A DNA stretch of 63,836 bases, the filler included, from Octopus bimaculoides (lineage: Eukaryota), in assembly GCF_001194135.2 (NCBI RefSeq). It is 6 parts of 5 records of this genome, joined end to end, with 100 filler letters (N's around TTAATTAATTAA, not from the genome) between each part and the next. Parts side by side here need not be neighbours in the genome. Positions count along the whole stretch, not along the records: positions 33,712 to 48,651 come from NC_068990.1; positions 48,752 to 54,950 come from NW_026365742.1; 4 more parts are not named here. The stretch is one strand, 5' to 3'. A model generated the notes under the pieces. That model had not been told where the DNA came from. It saw only the letters and a program-made list of their open reading frames with translations, and ran no database searches. Shown here one piece after another: positions 38,436 through 50,274 of this stretch. Every line of letters starts with the position of its first letter. Within the stretch, counting starts at the first letter, position 1. Both the position numbers and the translations under genes were made by a program.

Positions 38436-38905
38436 TAGTAATCACTTGCCATATTGCAGTTCACCTATTGCGCCCTCAGTACATTGTGGATTTTCTGGCT
38501 AATATATGTAAATTTATATCGTGGACTCCTCAGTATATTGTGGGTTATAGATATTTATATTTTTTTAGATTTTAATTATTTCTGTATTAAAATAAGCATT
38601 TTCACACCTAAAAAATTAATAAATTAATAAATAAAAGTACAGTACAGTACTGCACTGTATAACACATTAATTAAAATTTATTAAAAGAAAACATGTTGTG
38701 CATTGTAAATGAGTAAACAAAAAATCGCAGATACTGCATGGAAAATGAAACTCGGGCGGTGAGTGTGTGGTGTTGTTTTGTATTTATAATAAAATATACA
38801 AAATTATAAAAATATACAGTACAGTACTGTTTCTACTTTGTAGATCTTCACCTATCGTGGGGGATTTTGGAATGTAAAACCCAGGGTAGTTGAGGGATTT
38901 CTGCA
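38436..38905. mobile_element. pogo/Tigger-like MITE, CpG-decayed
   Basis: Degenerate termini TAGTAATCACTTG and TGAGGGATTTCTG, consistent with a CAGTAATCCCTCG-type TIR. Confidence 0.5.
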
Positions 38906-39004
38906 TTTCCACATGCACCTACATGCTCTCACATACACACGCACGTGCACCTTCATTTTGGGATCACCACTACTTTATTATCTCCCCTTCTTCCTAGCTT
39001 CCTA

Positions 39005-39250
39005 AGTAAAGGTAAAGTTACCTTCTTGAGTCATGTAAACTCATAAGTGCCAGCTTCCATGGCATATACATTTCCCATCTGGATGAGACACCAGTCTGTC
39101 ACAGGATTACTCGTTCTTGCCAGCTGAGTGGACTGGAGCAATTTGAAATGAAGTGTTTTGCTCAAGAACACAACACATCACCCAGTCTAGGAATTGAAAC
39201 CACAATCTTACAATCATGAGTCCAACACCTGTAACCACAAAGCCACGCTT
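39005..39250 (-). mobile_element. SINE family A (head + core + tail type 2)
   Basis: Core CAGCTGAGTGGACTGGAGCAA; the tail ends AACTTTACCTTTAC. Confidence 0.75.
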
Positions 39251-40089
39251 GTTTCTCTGGGATTGGTCAAATTGATGAAGATACCTGTGAAGAGAATCCA
39301 ATAAGATTTGAAAATCAATTAAGGTTGTTCACCATTTCTTTTCAATTTATGGAGAAACAGCTAAATTAGCCCTATTTGTATAGGTTATATATATAAATAG
39401 TTACGTAGGACAGAGGACAAAACACATGATATAAAGAATTAGAGAATTGAGAAAATTGAATAAAATAAATACATTTATTATTCATAAGCATTAGATTATC
39501 TATTGGATTACTCAGAGTTGGATTAAATATTAGTCATTGAACACTTGGAAAATATCAAATCACTAGGCATAAGTAGTCCATTAATGGCAGTAGTTAAGGT
39601 AGTGGGTAGTGATTTTCTTCACTACTTCAGGGAGTGATGACCCTGCCTGACACGAGTCCTGGGCTCAGCTGGCTCCGGCTGACAGTACTCGGTATGGGCC
39701 CCCTATCCAGGGTTATGGAAAGGAGACAACTTTCAATGAAATCCAGAGTGGAGACCCATAGGTGGTTTAGTGTTTGACTTGACACTCTTCTGGCAGCTCC
39801 TGCAACCAAGCTGGTGCCAAATGTAATGTTCTGCACTCCTTTGGACTACGTCAGCAAGGTCGAGAGAGGAATCCTGATGATTGGGCTACCCAGGATTTCC
39901 TTACATCTAGCCCAGGCCTGCGCAAAACTGATTTTATGCACAACTCCATTGTCTCCCGAGACAAAAGGATGCCAACAAATGGTAGTAGATTAATTAGTTG
40001 ATGTTGTCTTGAGTCCTGGCAAATGACATTCGGTTTGAAACTGGATATAATGAAAATTTAACTTGGTGGGTAAACATCTTTTTATCTAA

Positions 40090-40400
40090 GTATGCATACA
40101 AAGATACATATCCCTCCTAGGCACAAGTCTGGGCAAGGTTCTTTATGGAAGATCAGCAGTCACCTGTGCATATCAGCCTCCTCTCTTCATGCCACTGGTG
40201 TTATCTATGGGAAAGGCAAAGGCCGATACAACTTGGCACCAGTAACACTGCAACTCATTTCTACAGCTGAGTGGACTGGAGCAACGTGAAATAAAGTGTC
40301 TTTCTCATGAACATAACACACATCCCAGTCCGGGAATTGAACTCATAACCTCACAATCATAAGCTTGTCATACTAACCATTGAGTCATGTACCTTCACAT
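40090..40400 (-). mobile_element. SINE family A (head + core + tail type 3)
   Basis: Head TGTGAAGGTACATGACTCAATGGTTAG..GAGTTCAATTCC, the same core and a third unrelated tail. Confidence 0.75.
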
Positions 40401-40402
40401 AG

Positions 40403-40502
40403 AAATATGGAATGCTTCACAAATTCGTGTGTCATTCTTGCGCAGGAGCCATGCTAATCTTCTCTGTATCATTCCAATTTTAGAATATGTATTGCCATAG
40501 CT
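40403..40502 (-). pseudogene. U6: U6 snRNA pseudogene, near full length
   Basis: Minus strand GCTATGGCAATACATATTCTAAAATTGGAATGATACAGAGAAGATTAGCATGGCTCCTGCGCAAGAATGACACACGAATTTGTGAAGCATTCCATATTT. The ACAGAGA box and AGC triad are intact. Many differences from recalled U6 are CpG transitions. No promoter is evident upstream. Confidence 0.93.
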
Positions 40503-40517
40503 ATATATATATATGTG

Positions 40518-40651
40518 TTAAACAAGAATATTATTGACAGTAACTTTGAAGTTTTGGCTAGTTAAACCATCATTGTATGGTGGCTTAACTGGCCAACAAT
40601 GGCTTAACTAGCTGAAACTTTGAAGTCACTATCAATAATATTCTTGTTTAA
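40518..40651. mobile_element. Foldback (hairpin) MITE with TTAA ends
   Basis: About 52-bp inverted arms, TTAAACAAGAATATTATTGA...CCAT and ATGG...TCAATAATATTCTTGTTTAA. Confidence 0.8.
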
Positions 40652-41719
40652 AAATAATAAATCTGTATTCTACAAAAATATAGACTAACCCTTCAAATTA
40701 AAATTGTTTTACTTTTAACTGAACGTAAAAACAAACATTAATATATATATATGAGAGAAAGAGATAAAGAGATGATGACTGTGTGTTTCTATATATACAT
40801 TAGGTATTTTTAGATTTATTATTTGTCTATATCTTTATGATTTGTATGCATGAATAATTAAATGTAATTTATAACATATATCCATAACTGAGCCTTACAC
40901 CTGCACACATATACGAATGAATAATAGATGAATTTCAATAACAATATATTTTAGAATACTCCATTCTGTTTGCATGAAAAACAACTGAGCTGAGGCTTGC
41001 CACAGCACAGGCGCTGCCAATAGATACCTGAAAACATAGTAAATTGGTAATTATTGATAAATGAGGCAATGCTGAGCTATGGAAAATCTGTGAAGAAAAT
41101 GGTAAATGTTAATCTTTTGGAATGATGATTGTCAGTGTATCTGGTTAAGGATAAGGTAGTGTTGACCTTTGCCACTGAAGGAAAATACCAATGTTATGAT
41201 TATTGATGATAGAGTCCCACTAATAAATCAATGTTCGCGTAACAATATAGTTTATTAGATTTTTGCAGCATTATCTATCAACTGTTTGATAGTGATCCTT
41301 TAGAATGGTTTACATTTCTCACAGTTAATAGCTCAGAAAGAGATTTGAAACAAAAATTTAATTCATTATTCCACCTTTCTCACCATATTTAAGAATGCTA
41401 TTTAGCTTTGCAAGTAGCAAGGTTGGTTTTCTGAAGTTCACTAAACTGGAAATAATTCTTTTGACATCAAGTAAAATCTACGGATTATTGTAATTATTGT
41501 AGCATAACTGGGCATACTATCAAACAGTATCTTTGTTCCTCAATCTAGCTGTAAGTTTAATTATTATATTCTTGCCAATATGGTGCATGTGGAGTGTACG
41601 TAGGACAGTGAGGTGTCAGTGGCGGTGGTAGTGGTGGTGATGGTGGTGGTTAGTGGGAAAAATATAGTTGTTGCATTGTGATGCTACTTTGCTATAGTGT
41701 GATATATGTCCTTAAGATG

Positions 41720-42168
41720 GTACGTTCTACTTCATCATCACCATCATCATCATCATCCTCCTCCTCCTCATCCTCCTCCTCCTCCTCATCATCATCACCA
41801 TCATCACCATCATCTGTAGTTGCAGTAGTNNNNNNNNNNNNNNNNNNNNNNNNNNNNNNNNNNNNNNNNNNNNNNNNNNNNNNNNNNNNNNNNNNNNNNN
41901 NNNNNNNNNNNNNNNNNNNNNNNNNNNNNNNNNNNNNNNNNNNNNNNNNNNNNNNNNNNNNNNNNNGCTGCCACCACCACCACCACCACCACCGCCGCCA
42001 CCACCACCATCATCATCAGCATCATCATCATCAGTAATCACTGCCATCATAATCATTATCACTATTGTCACTCACATGATGGACATTACCATTTTCACCA
42101 TCACCAACACCAACCCAATCTCTGCCATGATGATGATGATAACAATAACAACAACAGCAGCAACAATA

Positions 42169-42208
<40 letters not shown>

Positions 42209-42230
42209 TTGCTACAATCACTCCACCCCT
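41720..42230. repeat. Compound (CAT/CCT/CAC/ACT)n trinucleotide tracts
   Basis: Directly visible, spanning a gap. Confidence 0.9.
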
Positions 42231-43099
42231 AATACCACCGTTGCCACCAATGACAATCAACTGCAGCAAAAACAACATTATCAAGTGCTTTCATGGTACC
42301 AACTCCCTGCAGCTATAATAACAAACATAAGCAAGCCAATCATCATTTAGACAGAGAATGATGGACAGGAGAGGGGGAGAGGGCGGGGACTGGTGGTTGG
42401 GGGTTGGAGGGGGCACCAGCAAGGAGATGACGAGCCCTTATTTACATGATATATCTCCCCGTTTTACCCCCTTTCCTTCTAGTTTGTCATCTTTTACTTT
42501 CATAACATATTTTGGAAGGTTGCCATAGTGAAAAATGATTACAGGTGAGGGACACAAACAGACAGAAAATATCTTGATCAAGCCTCTCTTCGCCTCTCTC
42601 TCTCTCTCTCTCTCTCTTTCTTACACAGACTCTATCACTTTCTCTTTCTCTTTCTCTTTCTCTCTCTCCTTCTCTCAAATGTTGTAGGGTTTGTAAACGA
42701 AAAGAAAGCTGTGTTGAGGAGGGACTATCACTTCACTGTGATTAGGAGTGGAGTGAGAAATCATGCTGCTTAGACTTCTGATAGACAGAGAAATAATTGC
42801 CAGAACATTAATATATTTTCGTCAGGGAAGACAAGCTGACAAAGCAAAAGACTTATTGTACACATGAGCAAACACCTTGTAGATAGATGTCAGAGCTATT
42901 ACCATCATGGCTAGAAATTACTCTAGCTTTGGCTACACCAGTAAACATTTCAATGCTTACCTTAGTGTAAATGATGAAGTAGTTTCATTACAAAAATATT
43001 TGGTTTTAGTCTTAACTGGCATCTTAGTTATATTGTATGAATAATTACAAGAAATAATTCAAAATATAAATAAAGGAATTTTTGAAAATGAAGAAAATA

Positions 43100-43525
43100 G
43101 GTGCAGACGTGACAGTGTTGTAAGAAGCTTGCTTCCCAACCACATGGTTTTGGGTTCAGTTCCACTGCATGACACCTTGGGCAAGTGTCTTCTATTATAT
43201 ATAGCCTTGAGCTGACCAAAGTCTTGTGAGTGGATTTGGTAGAGAGAAACTGAAAGAAGTCCATTGTATGTGTGTGTTTGTGTGTATGTATGTATGTGTG
43301 TGTGTATGTCTTTGTGTTTGTGTTAGTCACCTACCACTGCTTGACAACCGGTGTTGGTGTATTTATGACCCCGTAAATTAGTGATTTGGTAAAAAAAGAC
43401 CGATAGAATAAGTACCAAGCTTTAAAAAATAAATAAGTACATGGGTTGATTTGTTCAATAAAACCTTTCAGGGCAGTGCCCTAGCATGGCTGCAGTCTAA
43501 TGACTGCAACAAGTAAAAGATAAAA
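43100..43525 (+). mobile_element. SINE family B, full length, CpG-decayed
   Basis: Head, spacer and 3' module are present. Confidence 0.85.
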
Positions 43526-43619
43526 GAAGATAAATATAGATAAATGACTTGAAGTTAAGTAAATTTATAATAAGTTAATAATCCCAACGCTTCTGCCTTT
43601 TATCATATAAACTCATAAG

Positions 43620-44760
43620 GCTGCGAGCAGATGGAATCAATAACATGCTGCTGAGTAAAATGCTTAGTGACACTTTGTCTATCTGTATGTTTTGAGTTCA
43701 AATTCTGCCAAGATCGACTCTGTCTTTCATCCTTTCAAAGGTCAAAAAAATAAGCACCATTTGAATCCTGGGTTTGATGTAATCAACTTACCTCCTCCTC
43801 CAAACTGAATGGCTTTGTGCCAAAATTTGAAACCATTATCAATAATTTAGAATTAGGCAGTGAGCTGGCAGAATTGTTAGCATACTTGGTAAAATGATTA
43901 GTGACATATTACATCCATCTTTATGTTCTGAGTTCAAATTCTGTCAAAGTTGACTTTGCCTTTCATCCTTTCATGGTTGATAAAATAAGTACCATTTGAG
44001 CCCTGGGGTCGATGCAATCGACTTATTCTCTCCTTTAGACTGAGTGACCTTATGCCAAATGTTGAAACTATTATACGAACTCTTGCCAGTATAGGACCGT
44101 TGGAGCTGGCTAACAAGGCTCAAATCCTCAGATTCATAAGAATGGGAAATGTTATGTAGTAATTGGTAGAATTTTTAAAAAAATCAGAGAAAGTGATTTG
44201 CTGTATTGCTGTATTTACCTCCAGCCCTTTATGTTATGAGCTCAAATTCCACCAAGGTCAGCTTTATCTTTCATCTTTCTGGGGTCAATAAAATAAAATA
44301 TCATTCAAGTACTGGTATTTATTTAATCTATAGATACTGGTACCAGCCTGAATTCTAGTAAGAGACTATAGGAGAAAACCCCATATGAATGTTTTTAGTG
44401 GTGCTGTCATTTCAAGATCAGATGAGAGTGTAAACATGAACAGTCACAATATTGCTGAGAGGAGTAGTGACAACAGGTATTATTAGGTTTGAAAATAATG
44501 TAGCAAGCTAGCAGAATTGGTAGCCAGACAAAGGCCAGACAAAATGCTTATCAGCATGTCATCCATATTTACATTTATGTTCAGGATTTAAATTCCACTG
44601 AGGTCATCTTTGCCTCTCATTCTTTTGGGGTTGATAAAATAAGCAATTGTCAAGAAGTGATGTTAATAAGACCAAAACATGTGATCAACTAATCCCTTCC
44701 CCAAAATTTCAGATCTTGTAGCTATAATACTTATAATAGAAAAGATTATTAGGTTTGAAA
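43620..44760 (+). mobile_element. Cluster of four same-orientation SINE family C copies
   Basis: Copies at about 43620, 43850, 44150 and 44495. The last is flanked by ATTATTAGGTTTGAAA at 44479-44494 and 44745-44760. Confidence 0.8.
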
Positions 44761-44871
44761 TGAAGAATGAATTTCAATATAAATAATACCACAGAAATCC
44801 TGTAATTTATAGCATGCTGAATATCTGTTATCATATATCCAATGCAAAAAGTAACCAAATAGAAAGGAATA

Positions 44872-45252
44872 TACAAAAGCACTCAGGGAGCACAAAACTC
44901 CACCAGGGCAACATCAACGTTCTCTCAACAATTAGCCAGAGATGATTTTTAAACTGAGAATATCTGAAATAAACTCGACTGCTCTCACAAGTGAGAAAAC
45001 TAAAAATGAACGCGACCGCTCTCAAAAAGTAAGTAAAAAAACAGGAAAAATAATCCAGAATCCTTGTCTGGTACTGGATCGGTCTCAAAATCTATCTAAT
45101 CAGCTTGTACCAGTGACAAGGCCAAACATCCCTAAAAGTTTCATACGAATCCATCCAGTGGTTCTTGAGATATCTTGTCCACAGACAAACCAACCAACAA
45201 ACAAATGCGACTGAAAACAATATCTCCTCTTTTGCTAAGGTGGAGGTAATAA
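44872..45252 (-). mobile_element. Helentron-type non-autonomous element (HINE/DINE-1-like), full length
   Basis: Minus strand: TTATTACCTCCACC 5' repeat, (GTTT/GTCT)n tract, subterminal GGTGGAGTT, GTGCTC-CCT-GAGTGC hairpin and T-rich end. Confidence 0.7.
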
Positions 45253-45429
45253 AAGTGTGTGAAGTCCAGAAATTCTTCAAAGACAAAAAAGTTTTTAGCT
45301 GAAAGAAAATTGCTTACTAGAAAAATAGGAAAGGGATCACAAAGAATCTAAGAAAAAACTAGAGGAAATAACCTCAAATGGTCCAATAACACGAATTATG
45401 TTAAGCAATAATGTAAAAAATAAAGTGTC

Positions 45430-45965
45430 TTTTATTTTTCATTTGCTTCAATTTTTGGACCATGGCCATGCTGGGGTACTGCCATAAAGAAATTAGTTGA
45501 CCCCAGTAATGTTTTTAAGTCTGGCTTTTTGTTTTTATTGATTTCAGTTGTCAAATGGTTTTTGGAGAAAAACACACTTACATGCTCACATACACACACC
45601 TGCACACACACACACGCACACATGCACACATACACACACACACACGCACACACACACATACACACACACATTCACATACATATGCACATATATACAATAC
45701 ATACACACACATGCACACACACATGCAGCATAACGCACATACACGTGCACACACGCACACACACACACACACACACGCAGTGCAACACACATATGATGGG
45801 CTTTCACACAATTTCTTTCTACCAAATTCACCCACAAAGCATTGGACGGCCTGGGGCTACTACAGTAAAGTAGAATAAACTTGTCTAATGTTGTGCTCAA
45901 GAAGGGGACTGAACCAATGACCATATGGTTGAAAAGCAAGATTCTTACATGCACAGCCATGACTG
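45430..45965 (-). mobile_element. SINE family B with long (CA)n spacer
   Basis: 3' module at 45430-45560 and head at 45795-45965. Confidence 0.75.
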
Positions 45966-46092
45966 TCCCTCTAGAAAAATAAAAATTATGCAAAAACATA
46001 AAAAGGCTAGCAATAATTGTTAGCAAGTGGCTTAAATAAAAGGGAAAGCAATTTCAAGAAATTAAGAAATAATTTTATAAAATTAATTTACA

Positions 46093-46510
46093 GGTGCAGG
46101 CGTGGCTGTGTGGTAAGAGGCTTGCTTCCAAACCACATGGTTTTGAGTTCAGTCCCACTGTGTGGAACCTTGGGCAAATGTCTTTTACTATAGCCTTAGG
46201 CTTGGATTTGGTCGCCTTAAATTTACTATAGCCTTGTGAGTGGATTTGGTAGAGAGAAACCGAAAGATGCCCGTTGTATAAATATATATTTGTATATGTA
46301 TATATTTATGTGTGTCTGTGTTTGTCCCCCATCATCACTGATTTTGTTGTGTTTACATCCCTGTAACTTAGCGGTTCAGCAAAATAGACCAATAGAATAA
46401 GTGCTAGGCTTACAAAAAATAAGTCCTTGAGTTGATTTCGTTGACTAAAAATCCTTAAAGGCTGTGTTCCAGCATGGCTGCAGTCAAATGATTGAAACAA
46501 GTAAAAGAAT
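46093..46510 (+). mobile_element. SINE family B, full length
   Basis: GGTGCAGGCGTGGCTGTGTGGTAAG head through CAGCATGGCTGCAGTCAAATG. Confidence 0.85.
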
Positions 46511-46925
46511 GCTTAAAAGAAAATTTGATCATTGTTTACATACAAGGAAACAACTTAGACATGTTTTGGTCTTATTGAACCTTATTAGCGTAATTTATTT
46601 AAATTTGCTTCATTCTATCATTTAAGATTGTTACAAGTAGAAAAATGGCCAATAAAAATTAACATAATTAAAGCAAGAAAAAAAAAAAAGGAAAAGAAAG
46701 TGAAGTAGATATTAATCTCAAATTTTTGCACAAGGCCAGCAATTTCAGGGAAAGCACTAGTCAGTTACATCAACACCAGTACTTAATTGGTTCTTAAATT
46801 ATCAACCCCAAAAGGATAAAAGCCAATATTCTATCTCTGTAGCATTTGAACTCAAAATATATAGTCAGAAGAAATGCTGCTATGCATTTTCTCCAGCACA
46901 GTAATGATTCTACCACCTTTCTGTC

Positions 46926-47153
46926 TTAACCCTTTAGCATTTAATCTGGCCATACCCCACCCCAATATTCTGCCTGTTTTATATTAGAACTGACAAGATC
47001 CAACCTCTTACACCTACCCTACAATGTCATTCTAAATACAAACAATCACATCATTTTAATGACAAAGCTATAAGACAATACATGATTAATTCAAAACAAT
47101 GTGAATAATTAAAAATTACATTTGACAGAGTAATCTGAATGCTAAAGGGTTAA
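46926..47153. mobile_element. piggyBac-like MITE
   Basis: TTAA-CCCTTTAGCATT ... AATGCTAAAGGG-TTAA (perfect 12-bp TIR). Confidence 0.85.
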
Positions 47154-47448
47154 TTAAGAGAAATATTAAGAATAGATTTGCTAAATCAGAGATGATGATG
47201 AATTAAATAACCACAACAGCATAAAATTTTTGCTTGCTTAGAACTGATGTTGAATAAAATGTAATAGCAACAGCCTAAGACTTTTAAGGGGAAAAAAATG
47301 TTTATACTATTATCTCAGTTTAAGAATATTAGCTAAATGAATTGATCACAAAAGAGAATTTGGAAGTGGGAGATGAACTTAACCTTGTGGGATTTCATCT
47401 CAAGTGTGGACATCTATTACATTACTACAATTATTAATCTGTTCAAAG

Positions 47449-47658
47449 GTGGTGAGCTGGCAGAATCGTTAGCACATTAGACGAAATGCTTAGTGGTATT
47501 TTGTCTGTCGTTATGTTCTGAGTTCAAATTCCACCAAGGTCGACTTTGCCTTTCATTCTTTCGGGGTAGATAAATTAAGACCAAGTTGTGTACTGGGGTC
47601 GATCTAATCGACTGACACCCTCCCCAAAAATTTTGGGCCTTGTGCCTAGAGTCATCTC
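47449..47658 (+). mobile_element. SINE family C
   Basis: GGTGGTGAGCTGGCAGAATCGTTAGC head. Confidence 0.85.
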
Positions 47659-48324
47659 CTGGTTTTTTCATGTGCCTTTAGTGCAGTGCATGTTGTTGCA
47701 AGCAATAGATTGGATTACCTGGGAATGACTCGTTTGTCAGTAAATATCATTGTCTCACAACACTAAATGTCTTCTGTATATTTCAAAATAAATAAACCCC
47801 AGAGTGAAATTATAAAAGAGTGGTATATTGATGAGTGATGATAAAACAACACTACTGCCATTGCTGCTACTGGCCTTTCATTTAATTCTAAACATAGGGA
47901 AATAAATGGTTATGTAGATAAAAAGTTTGTTTTTATGTGTCTAATTATGTCATGATGTTGACACTGCTTGGAAAAAATAATAGGTGCAGATCCTAAGACA
48001 ACTTAGAAATATGAACTGAGCTTGATAGATTGGCTAAACCTTTCTAAGAAGTGACTGAGCCCAATCACAGTCTGATAACTGAAATAAGTAAAAGACTACC
48101 CAAGAGTAGCCAGAAACACAAGTCTGCCCAAACTTGATGATTTACAACACTTGTTATTTTGAAATTTGCTGGTGTTTCGAGAGAACCTTTATTTAGTTAC
48201 TTGATTTGGTATAAACAGCAGCTAAGTTTCCTTAAATTACAGTTACTGTCAGTTTCCTCTTCAATTAGAAGGAGTGCTAGTGTTGCAAACAAAGCAATAC
48301 ACATCCATTGAGTGTTTGTGCTTG

Positions 48325-48453
48325 ATAACTTTGTACGAGTCCATACCTCATGGAGTTCAAGCTGTAATTACTGCCAAAGGTGGTCCTACCTCATATTAAA
48401 ATATATTTGTTTGAAATTTTATGGTGTTTCCATTATTTTATCCAACCTCTGTA
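48325..48453 (+). mobile_element. Tc1 3' end fragment
   Basis: LYESIPHGVQAVITAKGGPTSY* followed by ...ATCCAACCTCTGTA. Confidence 0.7.
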
Positions 48454-48769
48454 TATTACACACAAGCTGTTTGTGATTTCTTTTCCTTCTTTGGACTATT
48501 GCCTTTCACTTTTCTGACAAAGAGGTATACTTAAACCATCAAAAACTCTCTCTTTTCACTGAGAGTCAAACTAATACATTCCTTGTGCATGTCTTCTGGT
48601 TGTCTGTTATTGTTGTTAATTTTCTTTTACTTGAATTGACTATATATATATNNNNNNNNNNNNNNNNNNNNNNNNNNNNNNNNNNNNNNNNNNNNTTAAT
48701 TAATTAANNNNNNNNNNNNNNNNNNNNNNNNNNNNNNNNNNNNNNNNNNNNTATATATATATATATATA

Positions 48770-49620
48770 TATATGGTTGTGTGTGCGGATATAGGCAGGC
48801 ATATTAAGACCATTCTGGACTCAATAATTCCCCAGATTAAGCCTCACATTCCGCTCAACATATGGGTTAACACTGATGACGTTTCAAGTTGGTTCAACTC
48901 TATTACTTGTAGGAACAATTGCCCATTTATACAATTCGACATATCGAATTACTACTCAAGAATTTCTTCAATTTTATTGAATAAGTCCCTAATATATGCT
49001 CGTAACCTTTCACTTATAGCTAGAGAAAAAAAAATTGGCATCATGCTCTTAGCTAGGAAGACAATAATTGAATTCGAGGGTAAGCTTTGGACTAGGTCGG
49101 ATACCCCTGATAACTTCCATGTGGCCATGGGCTCGAGCGATGCAGCTCAGGTGACTGACGTAGTCAAGGCCTTTCTAGTTAAGAGGCTATTCTCGGAGGT
49201 ACCAGGCCTTCAGGGGGGTCTATACAGAGATGACACCCTCTTCATATACCCCACCAATAGCAAAAGTACTTTAGAAAGAATTAGAAAAAAAGATTAAACA
49301 TTTTTTAAATCATTTAATCTGAAACTTCAATTCATGACCAACAAGATAGTTGATTTCTTAGATGCTACATTAGACATAGATAAAGGCCTTCACTACTCTT
49401 ATAGAAAGCCAGAAGAAACCACAAGTTATATTGGCACATTATCTAATCACCCGCCCTGTATAATTAATACCACAGCCCAGCTGTTTCCGATAGACTAAGT
49501 TATCCTCAAACGAAAATATTTTTAGTGATCACGCTCATCATTATAATCAAGCTCTCTCTAACGCTGGGTACTCCCAGAAGCTATCTTTTGTTAAAAACTT
49601 AAATGATAAACCACCCAAAG
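48770..49620 (+). mobile_element. Second, distinct Penelope-like element RT (possibly Naiad-type)
   Basis: FIQFDISNYYSRI, FHVAMGSSDAAQVTDVV and GGLYRDDTL, then after a frameshift VDFLDATLD...YRKP...SNHPPCII. Confidence 0.75.
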
Positions 49621-50274
49621 CATCCATCATTAGTTAACAATCTGTTATTACATCAGATATTCACTCTCTCGATCGCAACATTCTTCTGTATATCTCACTT
49701 AAGTCTAGTATGTTTCATCCTGGCCTCCTGAAACAATTTCACTCCATTCCACACTTTTGTTCGCCATCCAGTTCGATCCGAAACAAGGCCTTTGGATCCA
49801 TTTCAAGTCGCTTCATGGTAATCCTTATGACATCCTTAAAACTCTTCGTTTACACCAATTGCGTTTCTCCTCAGCAAGCTGGCCATAAGACAGATGCTTG
49901 TGTATGCGTTCAGCTGCCATTCGAACAATATGGCCAAACTATCTCATTTGGTTTCTTTTCAAAATCATTGATTTAAATGAGGAGATGCCTGCTGACGCAA
50001 AGATATTTGCCTCTGGAATGAAAAAGTCCCATTAAATGCTTACAATGCAGCGAAGGCTTGTTTGGTGGAATCATTTTATCAGTGTGAAATGTCTTTTGCA
50101 ACACGTCCAAGTTCCAAAAGAATACAACAGTGATGGTAAGACCACCGATTTGTAAAGGGCCAATATTGTGTTATTTATATGTCGTCGACACCAAACGCGT
50201 GACTCCAAAGCACCAAATGCTTCTGCTGCACTTTGTATTCGCAGATGTATTTCTATTTACCAGATTACCATTCT

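Noticed and set aside
40403-40502. Functional U6 gene
   Set aside because: It has CpG-type substitutions, lacks the first nucleotides and an upstream PSE/TATA context, and its 3' end is fused to a SINE.
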